DNA of 64,000 nucleotides, taken from the IMG/VR virus record IMGVR_UViG_3300012925_000006. One strand, given 5' to 3'. Both the position numbers and the translations under genes were made by a program. The stretch comes from a virus (Duplodnaviria > Heunggongvirae > Uroviricota > Caudoviricetes). Below, piece after piece: positions 26,701 through 35,466 of this stretch (its first letter is position 1; each line of letters starts with the position of its first letter). The notes below the pieces were generated by a model. It worked only from the letters and a program-made list of their open reading frames with translations, did not search any database and was not told where the DNA came from.

Positions 26701-29700
26701 CCTTTTCATCAATTCCATCCCCTTTAAACTTTTCGATAGCAGCCGAAATAATATCAGGAATACGTATATCTCCGGCTGCTATTTTATCAGCAATCCACCG
26801 GATAGCGTCGGCCACATTTTTTTGAATGTTAGCCCCCATCCTTTGCGTACCTTCTGGTAAATTAGCCTGACCAAACTTCTCAAATTTATCGGCAAATGTT
26901 TTAAGGCTTGCAGCTACTTTACCAGCCTTTTCCTTATTAAATTTTTCTGGTTTTGGGGCCTTCCCGGAATCTGCTTTAGCCTTTGCCAATTCTTTGTCGA
27001 ACTTCTCCTGCATCTTTTGGATCTTCAATTCATTCTCAAGTTCCATTATAGCCCTTTCCTTTTCCCATTGTTCGGCTGTAAATTCTAAATCTTTTTCAGT
27101 AAGCTTCTCGCCTCCTTTTGATTTCATGAGATCCATCCTACGAATTTGTAAGCCATGTTCCGGATCATTGGATATTTCCGATTGGAGTATATTAAATGCC
27201 CGACCAGCTTCCCCCCCTGGATTTGTCACCCGGACAACATTGTATAAATCAGCATTTAGGTTGGCAAATTCAGTTTGAGCCGCCAGCCTTTGCATTAGAT
27301 CAGCCGAATCCCATCCCTGTACACTACCCATTCTCCGTAATGTCTCATTTTTGAATACATTAAAGACTGCATTATCTTCAGAGGTAGGGTTAAACAGTAC
27401 TTTATTGTCCAATCTTGTCACGAATTCATTTACTCTGGATTTCAAGGCATCATATAGTCCCTTATCCGGATACATAGTCTGAACATTCGATAACCCTTTT
27501 TCATATGTTTCGGACCATTTTATTTTACCTTGCTTTTCGAACAATTCTTTTGCACCCTCTATCTCTCTGTTCTTTTCTTTTCGAACAGACGTAAATTCCT
27601 CCTTTGGACTTTCCTTTACTACTTTTGGTTTAGGAGATTCCGGAGGAGGGATTTCCCCAGCATCTTTACTTTCAGATTTCTCCTCTTCAGGCTTATTTAC
27701 TGGCTCTTCTTTTTTGACTGATTCTCCCGAAACTTCTTCAGTATTGACAATTGGTTTTTCTTCGGGAGTTTCTGCAAGTCCTCCATTTTCAATTTCTTTT
27801 CGGGTTGGTTCGTCTGAGTTGATGAACTCTTCGAGGGCTGGCTGCTCATTATTTTTGGATATTTCTTTTAAATGAATTTGATAGGCCAAATCTTCGGCAA
27901 CGGGTCCGGTAAAAGTTCTGCGTTCTCCTTCTGGGGTTTTCATACGGACATTTACCACATTCCCATCCTTGTCATAAAGAATAGCATCGGTAGGATCTTG
28001 TCCCCTTGCTTCAAAAGGATTTATGTAGGGTTTACCTCTTACCGTCAGGTTTCCCTCTGGATCGGTATCAACGACGGACTTTTCAGTTCCGATACCCAAT
28101 TCTTTAGCGGACTTGTCGCCTAGTTTATCAGCATTGCCTATCTCATATTCCTTATTAGTTCCTTCCTCCTTGAATATTATAGATTGCCCATCCTGAGATA
28201 GTATTCCTTTCTTTCCTTTATAGGTGACAGGCTTGCCAATCATTTCGCTTATAGTAATATTATCTTCCGGACTGGCTTTTAATTCAGTCCGTTTATCGTC
28301 GATCATTTTATCCTGTTCGGCCTCACTCAACTTAGAAAACTTTTCTTTTTCTTCGGGAGTAAAAAAGTCTGATTGTGAAAAATAATCATCCCTAATATTA
28401 GGCTTATATTCTCCTTCAGGAGGTTTGCCCGGTGTCGACTCTTTTTTGGCTTCAGTTGGTTCAGCCTTTTCTTCCAGTGGATACATAACCTTTGCTAGGT
28501 CTACAATATCATCCCCATATGCTATTCTTGCTTCAATTTCAGCATCCGGACGTAGTGAAATAGATCCGTCGGCATTCCTACCTAAAGCCTGATCAGAAAC
28601 ATCCTTAAAGAATGTCTCCGGATTCTTTTTAGCCACCTCATAATAAACTCCTAACTTTTCTTTATTTTCTTCGATAAGATTAAGAGAATGTTCTTCAATG
28701 CCTTTCCCCTCAACTACAGATTCATTCTTTGCCTCTACATGTTCTTTATACTTCTGTGAAAAGTCCTTATCATCACTGGAATGGACTCCTTCAACAGTCT
28801 GATCAATAATCCATTTGCCTATGGTTCCTTCCTGATCTAAAACCTTGAATGATTTATCAGACATAAATATAGGCTGCCCCTGATCATTGGTCAGGTAATG
28901 GTATTTTGCTTCTCCATTGGAAACTGCCTTTGCCTGTTCCCTATACTCTTTTGCCTTATCAGAATAAAGGGATGAAAGGCTTTTATTGTCTTTATTCTGT
29001 TCGGCCAAGAAATCGTGTTGATCTGCAAGGGCCAAATTATGGGCTTGGTATAAATCATTTATTTTAGCGGGATCAAGATTAGCGGATTTTATATTCCTAT
29101 CTAAATTGACGCTGTATAAAAGCTGATTCTTAGTATCAGACAATTGCCTTTGCCCGGCTTCATCCAATGTGATAGGGTCCGTATTAAATATATGTAATTT
29201 CAATGCGTCCCGTAAGAAGTTCCCACTACCGGACATTTCTTGCTGTAAGGCATAGTTCTGAGGGATAAGGTTTCTAAATTCTCCTTCGGATGTGTGGATC
29301 ATTTTAGCCCAATTATCCACAGATTTCATATAATCCCCGGGTGCATGTAAAAGAGACAATCCCCCACCTACGACCATTCCGTTTATCAAATTGTCTTTGA
29401 AGTCTTTAGACTGCATATAGTCCCAAAAGTCAGTCTTTTCTCCTTTCGCTTCCTTCATATTGGCATAGCTTTCATATCCCTGCCATGTAAAGAAAGGCTG
29501 GGCAATAGCGGCTCCTGCCAATCCTTTACCTGCTGTTGCCAATAAAGAAGGTTTAGCTATATTCTTAGCCTTTAAAAGAGTACCGGACGTAGCGGCCATC
29601 ATTAGGACATTAGGGAGAATGCTACGCTCCATATCTCTTGCCATAAAATGAGAGGCATCCTCTTCTGTCAACATATTTCCCTGTGCATCTCTTGTGTTTA

Positions 29701-31594
29701 GGAGTTGATTATACGTTTCAAGACCTCCCTGAGCGGTAAAGAGACCAGCATTAGCCAACCATGATACATAATGAGGTATCCCCTCTCCTTCTGTAACAGA
29801 ACTTACGGCAACAGCACCAGCAATTACTGGCACCATTGAACCTATTTTAGACATCCAAAAATTGGGATCTTTTAGGGATTCCAAACCTTTCCAATTCCAG
29901 GTAGCAGCTATATCCGATTGACTGATGCTTGGTGCGGCTATTTCTTTTGCCTCAAAATTCCTTACGTTTTCTCCTCCCCACTGTGTTTTATTGAAAATGA
30001 ACTTTGAAAATCCGGCTGCAAGCCCATTAGTGGATTCTACCAATGATCCTAAAAAAGCTCCATACTTCTTGGCTTCCTGATTGGATTGCTTCATTGAGGC
30101 TGCTACCTGTTCACCACCAATCCTTTTAGCAATATCATCCATCCCCTCTTGATATCCCTCCATCATATTGGTATACTGGTCTTCCGAAAGACCGGCCACA
30201 CCAACCCTTCCATCTTTGTATACGGTAAGATTAGGGTTATGTGTTCTCAGACCTTGTATAAGATAATCTTGATATTGCGTTTGGGTACGTTCATTTATTT
30301 TCTTTATTTCATTGTCGTAATTATCCTTTATTTTTTTCAATGCCGGATGCTGTAACACTTCCGCATCTATTTGTTTTCTCGCTACGGCATCTGTCATAGT
30401 GCCATCATGGACACGCTGAGCATATTTATGAGCAATTGACACATAATCCTGATTTTGATTAAAAATTCCATTATCAGCATTATAATATCTCTGCCCCGTC
30501 TTCATAAACTCCTTGTCCCTTTCTGTATTCACTCTCGCTTTTACGGCATCTACATTCTCTTTGGAGAAATATTCATTAGCCTTTTTTTGAGCCGTGAATG
30601 CTTCTTTAATCTGAGGATTTTTAGAAATATAATCCTGAGTGAATTTATCTTGTTCTTTTAGGACAGGAACCTTATTCAATTCGTCAACGACTGATTTAGT
30701 AAGGTCAAAATAGGTACGCTCTTTTTTATCTAGATCTCCGGACACTTGTGCATTAACAACATCATCTCCTTTTTTATTCATAATGCTGTCAACATTTTTA
30801 GCTATATATTCGACAGATTTAGGAGTGAGTTTATGGGTTTCAGAATCCCATTTTAAAGGCATGTCTATTGAAATAATATCTGAACTGCCATTAGGGTATT
30901 TAGTTTCATTGTCATAAATTTCGGTCCAAGTGGCTCCCGAAAATCGTTCTTTTAAATTATCTAACAATTCAGGGACTATCCTTTCTTTCTGGGCATCATA
31001 TGATTTCTGTATTTTTGAACGGACAATAGATTCTTGTCCTTTTAAATCCTGCATTTGCTTATCATAATCCTGAATATCTCCGACCATAGATTGACGGGTA
31101 GATAATTCATCCATTTTCTTTTGTAAATCATGCTGATCTTTTACTGCCTTTATAATATTTACGACAATTGGAGCAGTAGATGCCTTTTTAAGATTGGCCC
31201 CTTTGTTATTGATAAGATCGGATATCTGAGCAGATGTTAATCCATTCCAGTCTTTTTTATCCGAAGAACCGCTACTAGTAGCTTCGATATCTTCTTGAGT
31301 AAGTGTATTGTTTTTATAGTTCTTCTGAATCTGTTTTCCTTGTTGTAAACTTGAATCCGAAGTATTTACAGGTTGCTCCGTTTTCTGAGCAGGTATAGAA
31401 TCCGAAGGAGAAACTGAGGAAATGGAAGCGTCTTTTTTTTTTACTTCCTGCATTGGTTTTGCGGCATCAAATGCAGGTTTCTTCCCATTTACCTTAACAG
31501 GTTCAAATGGTTTATTAGGATCAAATGAAGGCTTCTTTTTAGGAGGCTGTACCTGATCAGTCTGAATGTCTTCTATGTTTTTTTCTGTTGCCAT
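23735..31594 (-). CDS. Giant virion protein (2619 aa): tape-measure-like or ejection/internal-core-like
   Basis: Uninterrupted ORF; long Lys/Glu-rich coiled regions, Gly-zipper membrane-like segments (AGAVAVSSV, GGFGMGLYALGLLGHAAFGG); sits between tail genes and the SLT protein. Confidence 0.85.
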   Translation of the reverse strand: MATEKNIEDIQTDQVQPPKKKPSFDPNKPFEPVKVNGKKPAFDAAKPMQEVKKKDASISSVSPSDSIPAQKTEQPVNTSDSSLQQGKQIQKNYKNNTLTQEDIEATSSGSSDKKDWNGLTSAQISDLINNKGANLKKASTAPIVVNIIKAVKDQHDLQKKMDELSTRQSMVGDIQDYDKQMQDLKGQESIVRSKIQKSYDAQKERIVPELLDNLKERFSGATWTEIYDNETKYPNGSSDIISIDMPLKWDSETHKLTPKSVEYIAKNVDSIMNKKGDDVVNAQVSGDLDKKERTYFDLTKSVVDELNKVPVLKEQDKFTQDYISKNPQIKEAFTAQKKANEYFSKENVDAVKARVNTERDKEFMKTGQRYYNADNGIFNQNQDYVSIAHKYAQRVHDGTMTDAVARKQIDAEVLQHPALKKIKDNYDNEIKKINERTQTQYQDYLIQGLRTHNPNLTVYKDGRVGVAGLSEDQYTNMMEGYQEGMDDIAKRIGGEQVAASMKQSNQEAKKYGAFLGSLVESTNGLAAGFSKFIFNKTQWGGENVRNFEAKEIAAPSISQSDIAATWNWKGLESLKDPNFWMSKIGSMVPVIAGAVAVSSVTEGEGIPHYVSWLANAGLFTAQGGLETYNQLLNTRDAQGNMLTEEDASHFMARDMERSILPNVLMMAATSGTLLKAKNIAKPSLLATAGKGLAGAAIAQPFFTWQGYESYANMKEAKGEKTDFWDYMQSKDFKDNLINGMVVGGGLSLLHAPGDYMKSVDNWAKMIHTSEGEFRNLIPQNYALQQEMSGSGNFLRDALKLHIFNTDPITLDEAGQRQLSDTKNQLLYSVNLDRNIKSANLDPAKINDLYQAHNLALADQHDFLAEQNKDNKSLSSLYSDKAKEYREQAKAVSNGEAKYHYLTNDQGQPIFMSDKSFKVLDQEGTIGKWIIDQTVEGVHSSDDKDFSQKYKEHVEAKNESVVEGKGIEEHSLNLIEENKEKLGVYYEVAKKNPETFFKDVSDQALGRNADGSISLRPDAEIEARIAYGDDIVDLAKVMYPLEEKAEPTEAKKESTPGKPPEGEYKPNIRDDYFSQSDFFTPEEKEKFSKLSEAEQDKMIDDKRTELKASPEDNITISEMIGKPVTYKGKKGILSQDGQSIIFKEEGTNKEYEIGNADKLGDKSAKELGIGTEKSVVDTDPEGNLTVRGKPYINPFEARGQDPTDAILYDKDGNVVNVRMKTPEGERRTFTGPVAEDLAYQIHLKEISKNNEQPALEEFINSDEPTRKEIENGGLAETPEEKPIVNTEEVSGESVKKEEPVNKPEEEKSESKDAGEIPPPESPKPKVVKESPKEEFTSVRKEKNREIEGAKELFEKQGKIKWSETYEKGLSNVQTMYPDKGLYDALKSRVNEFVTRLDNKVLFNPTSEDNAVFNVFKNETLRRMGSVQGWDSADLMQRLAAQTEFANLNADLYNVVRVTNPGGEAGRAFNILQSEISNDPEHGLQIRRMDLMKSKGGEKLTEKDLEFTAEQWEKERAIMELENELKIQKMQEKFDKELAKAKADSGKAPKPEKFNKEKAGKVAASLKTFADKFEKFGQANLPEGTQRMGANIQKNVADAIRWIADKIAAGDIRIPDIISAAIEKFKGDGIDEKELRTHIRKGLTEAGLDEKLINEKSIRETSLAKIKDLAVSNNATDITNDMVAKNLIRDYVKSHLGLTENKDIIDEATAGLKKVLPNVDESTLRKAYLKEDEFKQPTKKELETALKESEKNFTKLTKLEKDINDLREKKELYHRGSNKSKTPFDKDIEAKEKEKKIIMDLLNVKTSSEDKYTKATYDQRAKSHNDRIDDLGKTIDNKLQDDSLSSATKKALIKLKGQLDASKIKLDPNSAISQEKTLDGGLSILKAVKSEFTRTTAGDMAKIGDLNKALQKVIDKFVSDKDESVQDIKLQRAKDKAKRDMESYFQKISKGEYEDEPVVGLTKTDAELIKLERDKGAIQQLYRNKKRDYEKENKSKFKRIADFARGAMVAKMIGSPFTLLKVGASAVIKPQLEALTKLTLGKGFAALPFETTKAITEQAKLGGESQSLKSIKKSYEAYLRQYSQEQLEKRYADASNKYEQSSKDYHQLKGEIDKKIGNKEDVSKEEEKTLSKLKEKKDNDLIDAIGQSVYQFIAGSSIKEGISVLLHRSSQIERQFGDFDREAWDREGGKNILNGKSLRSLDNYQYLLNFVGRSHGALKNFSARAQFASGFMARLEGAVANGIDISKPEKIIEIGHASYLDYERGKYQEGNWITNAWNQATNAVERIGRDDTKIRHLGEGLAYLMRADVAITRVPVNMIREGIMEYTLGAITSSVMAAREYYKAKGIVLQDGYTPENAAQFKTELQEQLNKIDPDKAATILRSFRKGGFGMGLYALGLLGHAAFGGWAHKGQSAEDLKKKKRDEDLGIDEIKTSEIRIGDWKMPEWAAKVIEHTAAFSPLGMGLGLSQVYGNNIIDGKETVESATNSAVAQIEHVVGSIPQAELVTFLGGKILDRLKPASQWEDVDVDGNPMKRKAFNLSDHLKYISIGGHTIYGDKKEELSEAYYKAAVKTQKAYREEITEIMTNISLSKKDKEEQRSAKLKELDEEIADIYKQNKEDPQ

Positions 31595-33069
31595 TATTCG
31601 TATTTACCCGTGGAAGGATTCCATGTATAAGTGTATCCACCTTGCTGAACTGTTTCTGATTGCCCTTCAGGTAATGGAAATTCTTCTTCTGATTCATCTC
31701 CACTTTCTTCGTCAGGAGCATTTATTTCTTTTTCTGTAGCTGACACTCCCAATGTTTCCTTTCCAAACCTTGCTGTAAACTCTGTCTTTGAAAAGGTCTT
31801 TGTTTTTTTATCATCAATCCCAGAATTTGGATCTCCTTTCTTTTTATAAAAAACAGCTTTCATTTTCTCTCCGTCTTCACTCACCAAAATATCATCTGGG
31901 TTGACTTGTTTTTTGAGAGCGCCTTCTATATGACCATACGCTTTTAAAGTAGGTTCGGAAACTCCTATTTTATAATAGGTGCCTTCGGAGGTAGGAACTG
32001 GCGTTCCTGTTTTGGCATCATCTACCATTTTTCCTACCATTACCTTTAATGCTCCTATCTTACCATATTTGCTCTCGCCACGTAATTTAGATTTTAATTT
32101 TTCAACCTCTTTGGCCCCCCCTATTTTCATGCTCTCAATGGCCTTATCAAAACCAAATTTCAGGTTCATTTCCTGTATTTTAGCTTTGTTTTTAAACCCT
32201 TGAATAGCGAAAGGATCTCCTACCTGTTTGGTGCTTTCAATTTGATCCGGCTTTTTCCACGGCATTACTGTTTCATCATAGAATCCCTTTACTGGGTCTT
32301 GCGGATATTTTTTTTGATATATTTGTTGTAATTGAGGGGGAAGAGACTTGAATCTATCAGCAACCTGTGAACTTATTATTACCCCTCTTTGATCAGGGCT
32401 ATTATACATTTGATCGGCCAATGTCCTGTATTGCTTTTCATCATATCTTATTCCGGATACAGTATTCAAATATTTTCCATCAGGAGACAACCCAGTTTGC
32501 GCGAATTTCTGAGGAATTATAGCATTAATTTGATTCCCTATCTCCTGAGGGTTATACAGAGAAGGAAGTTTTAAAGAATATGCCTTTCTTGTTCCTAATG
32601 GCTGTTTTAGATATCCATCCAAAAGAGATTTATTGTCCGATATATTCAAAGTAGGATCTCTATCAACATACATTCTATGGGCATCATTGAATATCTTGTC
32701 TTGAACGCTCTGGGTAGACAATCCCCTAAGTTCTCCTATGCCTTTTTCAACATCAGCCATTTTACCACCAAAAAATCCTTGAGGATCATCTGCTATTTTT
32801 TTGAATATTTCGGCAGATTTTTTCTCTAATAAAGGTCGGTCCTCTTGTGCTACCGGCATCCCCTTCATTTCTCCCAACTCTTTGAAAGTATCTTTCAGTC
32901 TTTCAGAGAAAACAGCATATTTCCTCCAATCATTTTCCGCTTTCTGTTGAGCGAATTGATTGGCGTATTTAGCAATAGCACTACTATCTGTCACTACGGC
33001 AGGCGTTCCGGTTCCCCTTTCCGGATCAACGGAAATATTCGTAATTTCTGATAAAGTAGGTTCTGCCAT
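31594..33069 (-). CDS. Structural-module protein, 491 aa (function unknown)
   Basis: ORF track; start/stop coupled (ATG of downstream giant gene overlaps). Confidence 0.6.
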   Translation of the reverse strand: MAEPTLSEITNISVDPERGTGTPAVVTDSSAIAKYANQFAQQKAENDWRKYAVFSERLKDTFKELGEMKGMPVAQEDRPLLEKKSAEIFKKIADDPQGFFGGKMADVEKGIGELRGLSTQSVQDKIFNDAHRMYVDRDPTLNISDNKSLLDGYLKQPLGTRKAYSLKLPSLYNPQEIGNQINAIIPQKFAQTGLSPDGKYLNTVSGIRYDEKQYRTLADQMYNSPDQRGVIISSQVADRFKSLPPQLQQIYQKKYPQDPVKGFYDETVMPWKKPDQIESTKQVGDPFAIQGFKNKAKIQEMNLKFGFDKAIESMKIGGAKEVEKLKSKLRGESKYGKIGALKVMVGKMVDDAKTGTPVPTSEGTYYKIGVSEPTLKAYGHIEGALKKQVNPDDILVSEDGEKMKAVFYKKKGDPNSGIDDKKTKTFSKTEFTARFGKETLGVSATEKEINAPDEESGDESEEEFPLPEGQSETVQQGGYTYTWNPSTGKYE

Positions 33070-33072
33070 CGA

Positions 33073-33837
33073 TTATACGCTTAACGGATAAAGTGAAGTA
33101 TTTGACATATCATCTGCATTCTGTATTCCTCCTGATCCTGCATTTGGATTCAAGGTTGGAGATGGAGCAGCACCCGTTCCACCGATAGCAGCCGTTTGAG
33201 GCTTAGTCCATCTGTCCGCTGTATATGGATCTTCAATACCCACCTTTTGTTTAGCAAATAAATTTTTCAATAAACTTGAATTTTGATTCGCTGTAGCAAA
33301 TGATGTTAAGGAGCCATACCCCGTATTTATCGCGTCTTGAACATTCAGCGCATCAGCGGCCCGGCGTTCAGTCAATTCCTTCAGTTTATTCTCATAAGGC
33401 TGATATTCATTGACAGCCCATTGTGTCGTCTTCTGGCCTGCCAAATCTTTATTGGCGTTCATATAATACTGGATATTCTTTTGGTGCATTTCAGCATCCT
33501 GAGCGCCTATAGCACCTAAACTACTTTGATACCCTTGTAATAGACGCGACACATCATTAACACCACCGCCTCCGGCCTCTACGGATGAAAGGCTTGTTCC
33601 AAGACCTCGTTGAGCTTCTGTAGTCAGAAAATTCTTCGTATCTCCCGATAAACCCTGACCAGCTTGCCCAGCAGCTATATTTTGATTTTTATAATATTCA
33701 GATTGAACCTGTTCGAAAGGCTTTTTAAGAGATTCGGCCTCTGCTCTATCCTTTTTAGCCTGTTGGCTGGCTTTTACTCCTTTATAAATCGAGGTGCCGA
33801 TGCCAACTACAGCGGTTCCCGCAGCGACGTAACTCAT
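33073..33837 (-). CDS. Structural-module protein, 254 aa, Gln/Gly-rich
   Basis: ORF track. Confidence 0.55.
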   Translation of the reverse strand: MSYVAAGTAVVGIGTSIYKGVKASQQAKKDRAEAESLKKPFEQVQSEYYKNQNIAAGQAGQGLSGDTKNFLTTEAQRGLGTSLSSVEAGGGGVNDVSRLLQGYQSSLGAIGAQDAEMHQKNIQYYMNANKDLAGQKTTQWAVNEYQPYENKLKELTERRAADALNVQDAINTGYGSLTSFATANQNSSLLKNLFAKQKVGIEDPYTADRWTKPQTAAIGGTGAAPSPTLNPNAGSGGIQNADDMSNTSLYPLSV

Positions 33838-33854
33838 TGGTTTTTAATTAAATT

Positions 33855-34304
33855 TTAATTCATTTCTTCTTCAAAAAAGAGTGGTGGAAACAATATCCGA
33901 TCTTCAATCTTTTTGACTGCCTTATCAAGAGCCTCTTGACTGCTATCCTCTGGTTGTTCCTCTGGTAAAATAGCATGTGTGGTTGTCCAAATACATTCCT
34001 CTTTTATAACTAGGATTCGCCGCGTCCCTGGCTTCGTAACCCCTAAAAAAGGAGCCTCTAAGATATTCCACTCATTATCCGTTTTAACTGATACAACACC
34101 TTTGAAAATATTGAAGGGGTGCTCTGTCTTATGGACTCTACTTACAATAACTGAATCAACCGGCATAATGATCCCCCTGACATAAATACCCGGAGTAAAT
34201 AGATGAATCCATTTGCAATCTGCTTCATCCATCTCTCTAAGAGTTAATTCCAACGCATCTACTGAGCTTGAAATATTAGGCAATATGTCTTTAATTTCTT
34301 CCAT
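33855..34304 (-). CDS. Hypothetical protein, 149 aa
   Basis: ORF track. Confidence 0.5.
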   Translation of the reverse strand: MEEIKDILPNISSSVDALELTLREMDEADCKWIHLFTPGIYVRGIIMPVDSVIVSRVHKTEHPFNIFKGVVSVKTDNEWNILEAPFLGVTKPGTRRILVIKEECIWTTTHAILPEEQPEDSSQEALDKAVKKIEDRILFPPLFFEEEMN

Positions 34305-35140
34305 TAATTAATATTCATTATAAAAAATGAATTTTCATTATATGAATCTTTAATATTTCCCATATAATACCTATAAGCATCTGAAAAAGAATGTTTTTTC
34401 AAATATTTACGCAAACCGCTCGTCTTTATATTGAATTTAAAAGACCACTCAATCAGGTTCATATATAAACCATTATATTCTATTTTAATATTTAGTCTAT
34501 TTTTAGTTGTAAAGGATTTTTCAAAACTCCATCCCCGATGACGCCTTAGCTTTACTAAATTGCTCGGTATTTTCAGTTCTTCGCACCATGAACTTAATGT
34601 TTGTGTTTTGTTTTTATAGGTAACCAATATATTATTACTCTTATTATTATTCTGTTCTTTTGGAGTAGCCCATCGACAATTATTTGGTTCGTAGTTGCCA
34701 TTGTTATCCGGATATCTATCTAAAGAATGATTTGATGTCGGCCTTAATCCCATATCCTCGAAGAAATTTTCGAAAGATTCAATCCACCGATCGCAAACTG
34801 TAATTCCCCTACCACCCCATTCATCATATCTGTCAAAATCCTTATTGTAACACCGGCCTTTCATTCTTACCCACGTATTATGCTCTGCGGTATGAGACAT
34901 TCCATGCTTAGTTCTACCACACCCACACGTTTTTGTCTTGCCGGCTTTTGCTTGCCACATTCTCGTATTAAAAATCTTACCACATTCACATTTAAAATCT
35001 GCAAATCTACTTAAATGACCCATATTCCCATCTCCCTTTAATTGATCATTCCCCAGATAGATTAAAAATCCAACGCGATCCCCTATTTTATATGATATTT
35101 TTTTACCCATAAAGATCAAAAAAGATAATCCTTTTGCCAC
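34304..35140 (-). CDS. HNH-family homing-endonuclease-like protein (278 aa), paralog 1 of 3
   Basis: Shared block NTWVRMKGRCYN..YDEWGGRGITVCDRWIESFENFFEDMGLRPTSNHSLDRYPDNNGNYEPNNCRWATPKEQNNN with ORFs 46422-47069 and 59774-60463; N-terminal Cys pairs. Confidence 0.6.
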   Translation of the reverse strand: MAKGLSFLIFMGKKISYKIGDRVGFLIYLGNDQLKGDGNMGHLSRFADFKCECGKIFNTRMWQAKAGKTKTCGCGRTKHGMSHTAEHNTWVRMKGRCYNKDFDRYDEWGGRGITVCDRWIESFENFFEDMGLRPTSNHSLDRYPDNNGNYEPNNCRWATPKEQNNNKSNNILVTYKNKTQTLSSWCEELKIPSNLVKLRRHRGWSFEKSFTTKNRLNIKIEYNGLYMNLIEWSFKFNIKTSGLRKYLKKHSFSDAYRYYMGNIKDSYNENSFFIMNIN

Positions 35141-35466
35141 AAATTGCTGATTATGAAGGTACTAATTTGTGATGATATTTCAATCAATTTTTCTTTAAAA
35201 GCTGGCCTAAGGACAAACTGACCTATAGCTACGTTTTTTGTTTCCGGATTAACAATTAGCGTAAAATATCCGCTCAAATTACCATCTGAATTATTAACAG
35301 TGTATGGCAGCACATTGGCCGTCACTAAAGATACCTGAGAGTCGGTATATTGCTTAATAACCACACCTATTTGATTCTTTATTTGAGGAATAGATGCCCT
35401 CGAATCGATAAGAACACCGGGGATCATTCGGTTGAACTCCTGACAATATCTGAATTTATAACTCAT
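35116..35466 (-). CDS. Hypothetical protein, 116 aa
   Basis: ORF track. Confidence 0.45.
   Translation of the reverse strand: MSYKFRYCQEFNRMIPGVLIDSRASIPQIKNQIGVVIKQYTDSQVSLVTANVLPYTVNNSDGNLSGYFTLIVNPETKNVAIGQFVLRPAFKEKLIEISSQISTFIISNLWQKDYLF

Noticed and set aside
23735-31594. 2619-aa protein as a crAss-like virion RNA polymerase
   Set aside because: No DxDGD-type catalytic motif was found on reading the translation. The composition looks like a tape-measure/ejection protein instead.
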